DNA from: a bacterium
GTDB lineage: Bacteria; Patescibacteriota; Minisyncoccia; Phycocordibacterales; Phycocordibacteraceae
NCBI GenBank assembly: GCA_021802705.1
Contig: JAJZRL010000001.1
Coordinates: forward strand, 84,379-148,378
Direction of reading: 5' to 3'
Length of the DNA: 64,000 nucleotides
The position numbers and the translations under genes were made by a program. This document shows, in pieces, positions 27,369-36,888 of the stretch. The notes below the pieces were generated by a model. It was not told the DNA's origin. It saw only the letters and a list, made by a program, of their open reading frames with translations, and did no database searches. Numbering within the stretch: position 1 is the first letter of the stretch; each line of letters starts with the position of its first letter.

Positions 27369-29044
27369 GGTTGGACCGGCTCGTCGGCGGAAGGCGGAAG
27401 GACGGCGACCCGTCCCTTATGCTTACGTGCGAGCTTATGAAGAGCATGTACGATTGCGCCGAACTCCTCGTTTTTCATGAGGAAAAGCGCGACCGCTGCC
27501 GCAACAAGCCCCACGATACCAGCAACGAGCCCTTGTGTGAAGACGGCGAAAAGCGTCGTGAGCGGCGCGATATTCCCCTCGAACGAAAGGGTCATGTACG
27601 CGGCCGCGGCGCCAACGCACGAGGCGACGGAGCCGTCCACGAACGGCCGTACGAGCAGCCGCGCAAGGCCGGGGGCTGCGCCGCGAAGAGCGAAGAGCGA
27701 AAGGATGGCAAGAAAGATCTGCCCGAGCGTCGACGAAAGCGCGATGAGAAGGACGGCGGTTTCCGGAACGCCTCCCACGCGCAAGAAGGAAGAGAGGGGC
27801 TGGACGAGTCCCAGACTCGGCATTTCAAACAGCACGGCGAAAAGTACCGTGAGCGCGCCGCCCATAAGCTGGTAAAGAAGCGGCCTCCACGACTGCTTCA
27901 CGGCATAGAGCGCACGCGAGAAAAGGAGCACGAGCCCTTGTGCGACAAGACCGACCGCAAGAATGGCAAGAAGAGCGGCCGTAAGGCGTGTCGCATTCCA
28001 GTCGAACGCGCCGGTGCCGAGAATGACGCGCACGATATGCGCTCGCAAAACGATAATGAGACCGAGAAACACGATCGACCAAAGGATGATGTGTCTTGCG
28101 CTTGCCGAGAGGATGCGGACGAACTCGCTGCGTTTTTCAAGGGCTGATGCTTCAGAAAGGGCGGGAAATGCCGCGACCGCATATGACGCGCCGATAAGAG
28201 CGAGCGGGACCGCCTCGAGGTTCCCCGCAAGCGTAAAGACGGAGACGGCGCCGGTCCCGATCCTCGAGGCGAGCGCAGTGAGAGCGAGCGCGGTAAACGA
28301 ACCCATTCCAAGCGCGAGCGAGCGCGGTATGGAGTCGCGTATGATAGGCAGCATGCGGGCGAGCGTCGGGAATCGGAAAGTCGGCACGACATCCGAAAGG
28401 ACGACGACCGGAACATTCACCATGAGATACGCGAAAGAACCGGCAACGACGCCGATGCCGATGCCGACGAGGCCGAAACGCGGATAAAGGAAAACCGTGC
28501 CGAAAATGATGCCGAGGTTATAGAGGACCGGAGAAAGAGCAAATAAGAGGAAGCGCCGGTATACCTGGGTAACGCTCGCGAGCACGCCCGAAAGACCGAG
28601 CAGGATGGGTTGAAGGAGGAGGAGGCGCGTCAGCAGGATGAACTCTCCTTGACGCGTCGAGGCTGCGAAATCAGGATACAGGAACGCGAGAAGCTGCGGG
28701 ACGAGAAAAGAGAGCACGAGACAGATGAGTCCCCCGACGCCAAGCAGGAAAGTCGCTGACTCGGAAAGGATCGTCCGGATCGTTTCCTTATCAGCCCCCG
28801 TGATGCGGGGAATGATGACATACGCGCTCACGAGCGAAGAGACGAGAGCGAAGACGAGATCCGGGACGCGGAACGCGGCGTAGTAGAGGTCAAGCACCGG
28901 ACCGGCGCCGAACGTATGCGCGAACGTCCGGTCGCGCAGGAGAGCGAGCGCCTGAGACGCGAGAGTAAGCGCCGCGAGCAGGTAGGCCGCCTGGTGCAAG
29001 CCGCGCACCGGCGCCGTGATGCGTTCAAGAATCTTCCGAACCAT
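27365..29044 (-). CDS. murJ: lipid II flippase MurJ/MviN
   Basis: ALLRDR..A..FGAG..LDLYYAAFRVPD, LSPVLYNLGII, LFSRALYA; many TM helices. Confidence 0.92.
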   Translation of the reverse strand: MVRKILERITAPVRGLHQAAYLLAALTLASQALALLRDRTFAHTFGAGPVLDLYYAAFRVPDLVFALVSSLVSAYVIIPRITGADKETIRTILSESATFLLGVGGLICLVLSFLVPQLLAFLYPDFAASTRQGEFILLTRLLLLQPILLGLSGVLASVTQVYRRFLLFALSPVLYNLGIIFGTVFLYPRFGLVGIGIGVVAGSFAYLMVNVPVVVLSDVVPTFRFPTLARMLPIIRDSIPRSLALGMGSFTALALTALASRIGTGAVSVFTLAGNLEAVPLALIGASYAVAAFPALSEASALEKRSEFVRILSASARHIILWSIVFLGLIIVLRAHIVRVILGTGAFDWNATRLTAALLAILAVGLVAQGLVLLFSRALYAVKQSWRPLLYQLMGGALTVLFAVLFEMPSLGLVQPLSSFLRVGGVPETAVLLIALSSTLGQIFLAILSLFALRGAAPGLARLLVRPFVDGSVASCVGAAAAYMTLSFEGNIAPLTTLFAVFTQGLVAGIVGLVAAAVALFLMKNEEFGAIVHALHKLARKHKGRVAVLPPSADEPVQP

Positions 29045-29068
29045 TCTTCTATGGTACGATACTTTCCG

Positions 29069-31438
29069 CTATTTCACCGGCGTCGATGAGGCCGAGAGGA
29101 GATCTGCCGGAAACGGGTTCTTCCCCGCTTCAAGCATCGTTATCTGCGGAGCGACTATCTTCGCGTTATCGCTCGAGAGCGCCGCGATCGATTGCATCTG
29201 CGCAAGGGCGTCCTTGTAATCGCCCTGCTTTGCGTATACGGCCGCGAGAAAGTACCGCGCGTTCGCGAACTGCGGGTTCGCGGTAACCGCCGAGGAGAGC
29301 GCTTCGATCGCGCCGGAGAGATCGTTTTCCGCCGCGCTTAAGACGCCGACCTGGAAAAGAATGTTCGGATTATTGGGGATGAAGTACGCGGCGGCGAGCG
29401 CGGCGGCGAGCGCACCCTTCACGTTTCCGTCTTGCACCTCGAGCTGCGAAAGGAGGAAGATGGCAGACGTATAGTCCTGCTTGAGCGCTATGGCAGCCTT
29501 AAGGTCGCTTTCGGCGGACCTCGTGTCGCCGTTCGCGATATCGAGCTGCGCAAGGATGTAGAGGATTTGAGGATTCGTCGGATTAAGCTTCATCGCCTTT
29601 TCGTATGCGGTCTTTGCGCTTTCGTAAGCGCCCGAAACCTTCAACGGCACCGCCTGGGCGTAGAGATTCCCGAGAACGAGCCAGTTCCGATAGTCAGAAG
29701 GGTCAAGACGCGTAGCGGTGAGCGCCGCGTTGATACCCGAAGAAAGCGTCGCTTGAAACGCCTGTTGCGTAGCGGCTTTCGTCATGGTCGAAGAAGCCAC
29801 GATCTGCCCGAGACGCGCCACGGCGATGCCGGCGTCGATCTGGTATGCGGTGGCGCTCGGTGCGAATGACAGTGCGCTCTGTACGGCTCCGTCTGCCGCA
29901 TCGAGATTGCCCGCGGAGAAAGCGGCTGCCGCGCTTGCGAGATCCGCTTCGGCGACGTATCGCTCGACAAGCGTATAGGTAGCGACGACCGATGCGAGCA
30001 AGAGAAGCGTAAGCGCGAACACGATGATGAAGCCGAAACGAGGCGAGCGCGAGAAAACGATGGTCCGTTGCCCGCCATTAAGCGCAAAACGCATCGAAGA
30101 CGCGAATATTCCCGCAAAAACGAAAGCGAGCCCAAGGATGACGGCATTCGGCAGATCGAAGACAGCGGTCGTGAAGAGATAGAGCGTCGCGACAAACGAA
30201 AGTATCGCGACGGAGCGAGTGAAGACGTCCTGCGGCGCGTAGAGGATGAGTGTCCGAAGACCAAAAATGAGAAAGAGCGCGAAGAATATGATCCACGAGA
30301 GAGCGCCGATAAGACCGGTGGTCACGAATGACGTCGGGATGAAACCGATGCCGGACGAAAAATCGACATTCCAAAAAACGGTCGAATTGAGCGCCGCGTC
30401 ACGATACTTGAGCCACTCGACGCCGAAAGTCCCCGGGCCCGTCCCGAAAACCGGAGCGGTGGCGTACACCTTGTGCGCGACTGAAAATGTCGACTGCCAC
30501 GAGGGACGGACGGAGAGCGTGTTCATATGGAGCGCGTTCGCTAAGGCATTGCCGAGGTTCCCGCCAAGAAGGAAAAAGAGCGAGATCGCAAGTACCGAAA
30601 GCGGCAGAACGAGCGAATGCCCGTTCGCACCCGTCTCAAGAGGATTACCGCTTACAACGGCATCACTAAGATCGGCCTGCTCGGCTTCCGGCCCGCGATG
30701 CATCACTGCCTCGACAAAAAGACCGAGGGAAACGAGAGCGATCAATATCCACACGAGCATGGCATTCGTTATGGCGAGCAGGACAAGCATACCAGCGCCA
30801 AGCGCGACAAGCGTCCAGTATGTGCGCCGCGAAAGCTCGAGAGTCCGAAGCGTGATGAGAACGCTGATAATGCCCAATCCGAGCAAAAGCGCGAGGTCCT
30901 CGAGAGAACCAATGATAACGAACATCGGGGAGACAAGGTTCGGCGAGAACTGCCCGATCGTTATGGCAAGAGCTTCGATGACGACAACCGCAAGCGCAGT
31001 CCAAAAGCCGACATTGAGGAAAGAGCGGTATTGTTCCGGACCCCGCAGAATGAGCGCTGCGAGCGTCCCGAGGATAGTCGCGACCAGCATGAAACCGAGC
31101 GTATCCGGCTCAAGCGCATTTCCCCAGAGCGCACTCATAAACGGGATGCTTGAAAACGCCGCCGAAAGCATGTAGGCGCCGACAGGGAGCCAGAGCGCGC
31201 CGACAAGAAGAAGAGGAGGAAAAGAGACAGAATCTCGGGAAAGCCGTGCCAGGATGAAGAGTATCAGCGTGAGAAACGTACCCGCAGCAAGCAAGAAAAC
31301 CTTGGTCGCGACAAACGGAACCGACGCCGAAGGTACAAAGACGAAGAGAGCTGCGACGATAGTCGCGATAAAGAACCATGTACTTGCTTTTTCAAACGGT
31401 CGAGGATGGCGAGCGGCTGCGAGATGTTGTGGCGGCAT
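29069..31438 (-). CDS. polytopic membrane protein (O-antigen-ligase-like loop) with C-terminal TPR repeats
   Basis: Many TM helices, PVFGTGPGTF loop, TPR repeats (AYEKAMKLNPTNP, AVTANPQFANARYFLA). Confidence 0.8.
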   Translation of the reverse strand: MPPQHLAAARHPRPFEKASTWFFIATIVAALFVFVPSASVPFVATKVFLLAAGTFLTLILFILARLSRDSVSFPPLLLVGALWLPVGAYMLSAAFSSIPFMSALWGNALEPDTLGFMLVATILGTLAALILRGPEQYRSFLNVGFWTALAVVVIEALAITIGQFSPNLVSPMFVIIGSLEDLALLLGLGIISVLITLRTLELSRRTYWTLVALGAGMLVLLAITNAMLVWILIALVSLGLFVEAVMHRGPEAEQADLSDAVVSGNPLETGANGHSLVLPLSVLAISLFFLLGGNLGNALANALHMNTLSVRPSWQSTFSVAHKVYATAPVFGTGPGTFGVEWLKYRDAALNSTVFWNVDFSSGIGFIPTSFVTTGLIGALSWIIFFALFLIFGLRTLILYAPQDVFTRSVAILSFVATLYLFTTAVFDLPNAVILGLAFVFAGIFASSMRFALNGGQRTIVFSRSPRFGFIIVFALTLLLLASVVATYTLVERYVAEADLASAAAAFSAGNLDAADGAVQSALSFAPSATAYQIDAGIAVARLGQIVASSTMTKAATQQAFQATLSSGINAALTATRLDPSDYRNWLVLGNLYAQAVPLKVSGAYESAKTAYEKAMKLNPTNPQILYILAQLDIANGDTRSAESDLKAAIALKQDYTSAIFLLSQLEVQDGNVKGALAAALAAAYFIPNNPNILFQVGVLSAAENDLSGAIEALSSAVTANPQFANARYFLAAVYAKQGDYKDALAQMQSIAALSSDNAKIVAPQITMLEAGKNPFPADLLSASSTPVK

Positions 31439-31528
31439 GAGATAATCCTAAATTCTGAAGTGATAATGATTCAGTATACCCCATCCCTTCCCTGTCGAGA
31501 TGTCTCCATCAACAAGAATTCAGATTCG

Positions 31529-31537
31529 TGCTATAAT
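31529..31537 (+). promoter_or_regulatory. extended -10 promoter of rnpB
   Basis: TGcTATAAT ~7 nt before the P1 stem. Confidence 0.8.
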
Positions 31538-31543
31538 AAAAAA

Positions 31544-31880
31544 ACCGGGCTAGGCGATCGCTCCTTGAGAAATCAGGGGGAGGAAAGTCCGAACACGGCT
31601 CCGCGTAAAACGGAGAGAACGGTAGCGGGTAACGCCCGCACGCCGTGAGGCGCGAGGTGCGAACAGTGACGCCCGGAACGAAAGCGAAGGGCATCTCCGT
31701 CGACGAAAGAAGCCGGAGATGAATTCCCGAGGCGACTCGGGAGATGAAACGGCTAAATCCTTACCACCGTGCAAGGCCGTGTCCTGCTCGAACGGGCAGG
31801 AAGAGCCGCTCGAGGTCTTGAGCAATCAGGATCCCAGACACATGATCGTCCACGACAGAATTCGGCTTATCGGCCCGGTC
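31544..31880 (+). ncRNA. rnpB: RNase P RNA
   Basis: GAGGAAAGTCC and ACAGAATTCGGCTTAT universal P4 strands; P1 accgggct/ggcccggt. Confidence 0.96.
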
Positions 31881-31888
31881 GCTCATAT

Positions 31889-31920
31889 ACGAAAACCCGC
31901 GCAAAACGCGGGTTTTCGTT
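31889..31920. terminator. intrinsic terminator between rnpB and nrdJ
   Basis: acgaaaacccgcg-caaaa-cgcgggttttcgt. Confidence 0.85.
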
Positions 31921-31955
31921 ATCCGGACGATCTTCCAGGAAATCCGAAGGCTATC

Positions 31956-34343
31956 TCACATGATTTCGCACGTGCCGCCGGCGCAAGCGAGCTCTTTCTT
32001 CATCTCCGTCTCGTCCTGTCGTTCGTATGCGATAAGTTTCGCATAGTCTACCTTGGGAAAGCGGGCGATGAGTTTTTCATACTCTTCTTTCGTGATGGTC
32101 TCGTACGGAGCGAGGCGGTAAATATGATTTGTGCGCGGCAGGAAAGAGAGGCCGCCGATGATGTCCCAGTTCCTCTGAATCCAGTCAACGACGCCGATCC
32201 ACTCGTCCTCGCCGACCGAGATGGTCGCGGAAGGATTGTGCTCGGTGTAATTCAATTTCACCCGCTTCCAATATTCAAGTTGCTCGATCGCCGAAAGCGT
32301 ATCTTTGAACCGCGCTTCTCTCGAGTGATCGGGCGCTTTGACGGGAAATTCGAGCACATAGGTATTCGCCTCTTCCATCGATTGACCGACTTCCGGATGG
32401 AACGGAACGCCCTGGTCGCGCATCATCTTGAAAAGCGAGTCGGTCGCACTGATACGCACGCGACGGATATAGTACGGCGCGTGGCGCGGATGGATGCCCG
32501 AAGCGCAATCGAAGGTCTGTGAGACGGTACCCGAGGGCTTTACCGCGGTTATCGCCATCGACCGCTCGACGCCAAAACGTTTCGCATAGGCGATGTTCGT
32601 CTTTATCGCCACATCGCGCACCTTGCGCATGACCTCGGGCTTGCGGACCACAGGCGAATCCCACTGGCCGGTTATCGAGACGCCGAGAAGCCGTTCCGCA
32701 CGGTTGTGGTCGGACCAGTCCTGCGAGATGTAATTGAACTTCGTCAGCGTCGACTGGTAGGTTCCGATGATCGATGCGAGACGGGCCTTGCGCAGGAGCG
32801 ACGCCTCCGTGTCGTGCGACCGCGCGATGACCTCGGAAAGATTGCAGAACTGTTTGGACTGCAGGATAATCTCCGCGCAAGGGTTCGTACCGATAGGTCC
32901 GCGAACGACGCCATCTTCTCCTATGAATCCGACTTTCTTGAAATAGTCGATGCGGCGCTTCGGCAATGTTTCAGCGAGCGAGCCGCGGTTGAAGAGACCG
33001 CGTTCACCGGCGCCGCTCTTCATGAGCGCGACCCATTCATCCATCAGTTCCGTATTCGTCGGCCGCGTTTCGTAGACTGCGGAATTATTCGCTATCGAGC
33101 GGTGCGGATCGGTCATATAGAACTGCCCCTTCTTCGCATCGCGCATCTCGGCATCATCGAGATCGGAAAGCGATATCATCGCGGTGCGACGCACGCCCCC
33201 TGCGACGACGCACTCGCCTATCTTGCAGATGATGTCGTGCGCATCGATATTGCGGAGGCGGCGCCCTTGACGCGAAAGGACGCGTTCGCGCGTAAACGCG
33301 AGCAGGCTCTTAAGCGGCTCCGGCCCCGAAGCCTTGCCGCCCATCGTCTTAAGGCGCGCTCCCGCCGGACGTATCCTCGAGAAATCGAAGTCGATATCCT
33401 TCCCGGCGTACCAGGTCGTAAGACCGAGCGTAAGCGCGTCGCACCACCCTTCTTTCGAGTCGTCGATGATGTGGACCGGGAGCTTCTCTCTCGCTTGCTT
33501 CATGATCTGCGGGAGCTGTTCGATATTCTGGCTTTCCACTGAAAATCCGACGCCGCAACCCTGCATCGAGAGGTACATGATTTCGGCGAAATCTTCGAGT
33601 TTTGTCGGGGCGGTAAACGTGCAGTTGTAGGCGCAGGTATTGCATCGGCGCGCCGCTTCGCCGGAAAACTGCATGAGGCGCATCGAAGGCATGACTTCCT
33701 GCTTCAGGATACCCGTCCGAACCTCGGCGTACTCTTTCTCGGTGAGCTTCTTGCCGAGATTTTCGCGCATAAAGCCCATGTAGCGGTCGACGGTCTCTAC
33801 CCAGGTCTCCCGTCGGCCTTCTTCGGGTATCCATCGCGCATACGTGCGCAAGTAAACGAATTCCCCGAGAGCATTGCCTTCGAAATATCTCTTACTCTCT
33901 TCCGCGAGCTTGCGCACGTGCTCCGGTATCTCTACCTTTTGCGCGCGCAACTGAGCGCGCTTGTCGCGATAAAGGATGTACGCTTTCGCCGCCTTCACAT
34001 AATCGTTCAGGATGAGATACTTCTCCACCGAATCCTGTACGCCTTCGACAGTCGGAAGAAAACCCTTGTATTTCTTTGAAAAGCGCGCCAGCTCCCCGGC
34101 GACCTGATGCGCGACGAGCGCCGCATCGTCCTGTGTCCCCTCTTCCGCTGCGGCCATCGCTTTCCAGATGGCCGCGGAAATCTTATCGAAATCAAAGGAA
34201 ACCATCCGGCCGTCTCGTTTCTCTATCTGCGGGACCGTCTCGCGATACCGGAGCGTCTCTTTCGAAACAGGCTGTTTTGCCACTGCCGCTGTTTTTGGCT
34301 TCGATGTTTTCGTGCGAACGTGAACCTTTGCAGCTTTAGACAT
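31956..34343 (-). CDS. nrdJ: class II (adenosylcobalamin-dependent) ribonucleotide reductase with ATP cone
   Basis: IEKRDGR ATP cone, RTYAR..RRETW.ETVDR, VVAGGVRRTA, GTNPCAEI, VKPSGT, C-terminal CAGGTCEI. Confidence 0.93.
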   Translation of the reverse strand: MSKAAKVHVRTKTSKPKTAAVAKQPVSKETLRYRETVPQIEKRDGRMVSFDFDKISAAIWKAMAAAEEGTQDDAALVAHQVAGELARFSKKYKGFLPTVEGVQDSVEKYLILNDYVKAAKAYILYRDKRAQLRAQKVEIPEHVRKLAEESKRYFEGNALGEFVYLRTYARWIPEEGRRETWVETVDRYMGFMRENLGKKLTEKEYAEVRTGILKQEVMPSMRLMQFSGEAARRCNTCAYNCTFTAPTKLEDFAEIMYLSMQGCGVGFSVESQNIEQLPQIMKQAREKLPVHIIDDSKEGWCDALTLGLTTWYAGKDIDFDFSRIRPAGARLKTMGGKASGPEPLKSLLAFTRERVLSRQGRRLRNIDAHDIICKIGECVVAGGVRRTAMISLSDLDDAEMRDAKKGQFYMTDPHRSIANNSAVYETRPTNTELMDEWVALMKSGAGERGLFNRGSLAETLPKRRIDYFKKVGFIGEDGVVRGPIGTNPCAEIILQSKQFCNLSEVIARSHDTEASLLRKARLASIIGTYQSTLTKFNYISQDWSDHNRAERLLGVSITGQWDSPVVRKPEVMRKVRDVAIKTNIAYAKRFGVERSMAITAVKPSGTVSQTFDCASGIHPRHAPYYIRRVRISATDSLFKMMRDQGVPFHPEVGQSMEEANTYVLEFPVKAPDHSREARFKDTLSAIEQLEYWKRVKLNYTEHNPSATISVGEDEWIGVVDWIQRNWDIIGGLSFLPRTNHIYRLAPYETITKEEYEKLIARFPKVDYAKLIAYERQDETEMKKELACAGGTCEIM

Positions 34344-34464
34344 ACAAGATCAATTAACGGGTTGCTAATAATCAGGTACGCCTGACCTTTGCGAAAGAGA
34401 GGACGGGACGCATCATTGCCATTATCTTAACGCTCGTCTTCGGGAAAAGCCCTGTGGATAGAGT

Positions 34465-34938
34465 TCATTCGGAAACGCTCGGCCAATTTTGCAATATAAG
34501 CGGCGTGCCGGTCGCGATACCATGCCTCCGCGCAAATCCGGCGACGGTCTCAAGGACATAACGGGCCGGAGCCAACGGATAAAAGACATTCGGATACGTC
34601 GAGGGCTCGACATCCTCGGCGACCGAGATAACATGTCCTTTATCGTCGAGCCAGAACATGTCGAGAGGAACAAGGGTGTCTTTCATCCAGAAGCCATAAT
34701 AATCGTCTTTCGGAAAGACAAAGAGCATACCGTAGTTATCCGGAATACTCTTCCGGCCGCCAAGACCCTTTTCTCTTGCTATGGTTGTGGTCGCAAATTC
34801 TACCTTCAAGGACACTCCGCCAAAATTTCCGGTAACAAACGATGAGGAGGGTACAGGTGATATTGTCCGATAACTGAAAAGGACCGCCAAGAACGCCAAG
34901 ACGACTATGGCGGCAGGAAAGAGATACCGACGATACAT
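34465..34938 (-). CDS. DUF192 domain protein
   Basis: REKGLGGR, GMLFVF, FWMKDTLVPLDMFWLD, YVLE. Confidence 0.92.
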   Translation of the reverse strand: MYRRYLFPAAIVVLAFLAVLFSYRTISPVPSSSFVTGNFGGVSLKVEFATTTIAREKGLGGRKSIPDNYGMLFVFPKDDYYGFWMKDTLVPLDMFWLDDKGHVISVAEDVEPSTYPNVFYPLAPARYVLETVAGFARRHGIATGTPLILQNWPSVSE

Positions 34939-34957
34939 TACGGATAACTATACAACA

Positions 34958-34989
34958 AGCGAAACGCCCCCTTGAGGGGGCGTTTCGCT
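34958..34989. terminator. perfect hairpin, probable terminator
   Basis: agcgaaacgccccc-ttga-gggggcgtttcgct. Confidence 0.75.
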
Positions 34990-35011
34990 AAAGACTGACG
35001 AGCCGGTAATC

Positions 35012-35731
35012 TTACCGTCGTGGAACCGACAAGTCGCGGAATACCGACGCCGAAATGGTCGAGCTTGCTACCGGACCCCAGACACGAACCTTATCGCCGT
35101 TCTGTGCCGTGCTGAAGTCAAGCGACAGCCAGTTCCTCTGGAGCGTCTTTGCGCCCGAGGCGAGCGAAACAGAGTAACTCGCGCCCTTCTCCGTCGTGAG
35201 CGTAAACGTGTTTGACGCGGTATCAAGGCCGCTTACCGTACCCTGGATAACCCTCGATGTTCCCGCTCCCGCTCGGACATCTCCGCGCACTGACTGGATA
35301 TTCTGCTTCGCTTCCTGATGCGCCGCTTTCCGTTCCGTCCAGTCCCGGACGAGTTCCGCGCTGACGGTCCAGCTTGAGCTCTGGTCTACCGTTCCCTCGA
35401 TCCCGACGAAATCGCCTTGCTGGAAATTCGAGAGCGAGACCCCGTTCGGAAGTATCTTCGAAGTTGTAGGGACATTTACCGTCCAGATCCCGCCCCAACC
35501 TTTGACCGTGAGCGAATCAGCCGAGACCGACTCTATCGTGCCGCGCAAAAGAACCTTTCCGCGCGGACCGATCTCAAGCACCATCGGCTGCGCGTGCGGC
35601 GTACTCGATGCTGTCGTGAGCGGCACCGGATCGTGGGTGATGATCATCTGTTGAGGTGCTTGCGCGAACGCGACTCCCGCCGTACCGAGGAATCCGGCGA
35701 TTCCTGCTGTTGCCAATGCTTTTTTTATCAT
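35012..35731 (-). CDS. secreted protein with two DUF5666-like OB repeats
   Basis: Signal peptide (..AFA); two repeats GTI.SV...SLTV...GD.V.V.G. Confidence 0.75.
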   Translation of the reverse strand: MIKKALATAGIAGFLGTAGVAFAQAPQQMIITHDPVPLTTASSTPHAQPMVLEIGPRGKVLLRGTIESVSADSLTVKGWGGIWTVNVPTTSKILPNGVSLSNFQQGDFVGIEGTVDQSSSWTVSAELVRDWTERKAAHQEAKQNIQSVRGDVRAGAGTSRVIQGTVSGLDTASNTFTLTTEKGASYSVSLASGAKTLQRNWLSLDFSTAQNGDKVRVWGPVASSTISASVFRDLSVPRR

Positions 35732-35862
35732 GATATTAAAGATTAAAGATAATAAATCGCTTACATCTGCCGGCGTCATGCGCCACAGAGACGCTACGCA
35801 TAGTATATACGTACGCCATCGGATTTGTTTTCAAATGCCGGATGCGCCTCACGAAGCAAGAA

Positions 35863-36744
35863 TCAGGGAAACCTGCTCTCGAATGAGGCAGTTGTCGTCG
35901 GCGCGTTTATGGCGCTGAGCGCATACAACTTATCCGCTGTCTGGCGATTGCCGCTCCAATAGTCTCCTCTGGCGCTCAAATAGCCCGCCTTCTTCACGAG
36001 AGCCACTATCGCGGGATCATACATCCCGAATGGGTACGCGATTTCGTTGACCGGAACCCCGAGACGTTTCTCGAGTGTCTGCTTGCTGCCGTATATCTCA
36101 TCCCACAAAACAGCCTGATCGGTAATATGGGTGAGATACGGATGCGAACGCGTATGGTCGCCAACCGTCATCCCGGCCGCAAGCATCCGGTGCAAGTCGC
36201 TCCATGAAAGGAACCCTCGCCGGCCGATTGCGTTTGTAAAGACGAAGAACGTCGCCGGATAATGGTATTTTTCGAGAATAGGAAATGCATAAACGAACTG
36301 GTCGCCCCACCCGTCATCAAACGACAGTATGATCGGCTTTGACGGAAGTGCTGTCCCGTCCTTAAAATACGCCTCGAGGTCGCTAAAACGAACGACGTGA
36401 TACCCGCCGGCTTTCAGGTGCTGCATTTCAGCGGCGAACGTCTCCGGAGTAAGCGCTATGGCTCGCACCGCCGCGCTATCGCTCGGATAGCTCGGGCGGA
36501 CAATGTGATAAACCACGATCGGCAGGTCAATCGATTTTCCAGTGCTGGTAGCTGCGATGGTGTCAGTGGCTTGCGTCGAAGTCGCCGGTAGCTCGGCGTA
36601 AAACGCCTGATCCGGACTGGGATTTTGCGGTGATAATCCGCTAAAAACCTGGTGCTCATGGTCCCAGACGAAAAAGAAAGCGGTTCCGCCAATGAAAGCG
36701 GATCCGAGAATAACGAGCATACCGACCGTGCCGCGGGATAACAT
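35863..36744 (-). CDS. polysaccharide deacetylase (NodB/CE4)
   Basis: PIVVYH, ILSFDDGW, ATFFV, DHTRSHPYL, AYPFG. Confidence 0.93.
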   Translation of the reverse strand: MLSRGTVGMLVILGSAFIGGTAFFFVWDHEHQVFSGLSPQNPSPDQAFYAELPATSTQATDTIAATSTGKSIDLPIVVYHIVRPSYPSDSAAVRAIALTPETFAAEMQHLKAGGYHVVRFSDLEAYFKDGTALPSKPIILSFDDGWGDQFVYAFPILEKYHYPATFFVFTNAIGRRGFLSWSDLHRMLAAGMTVGDHTRSHPYLTHITDQAVLWDEIYGSKQTLEKRLGVPVNEIAYPFGMYDPAIVALVKKAGYLSARGDYWSGNRQTADKLYALSAINAPTTTASFESRFP

Positions 36745-36888
36745 GGGAGTTTTGGGCGTTAGATCATGAGTATACGGTGAAGCGTACTATGCCCTGTGTT
36801 AAGGAACAAACTCCGGCGCCCAAGCGTATATAAGAGAAAAGCCACCTATCGGTTACCCTACTTTCCTACCCATCCTATCGGCGCCACC

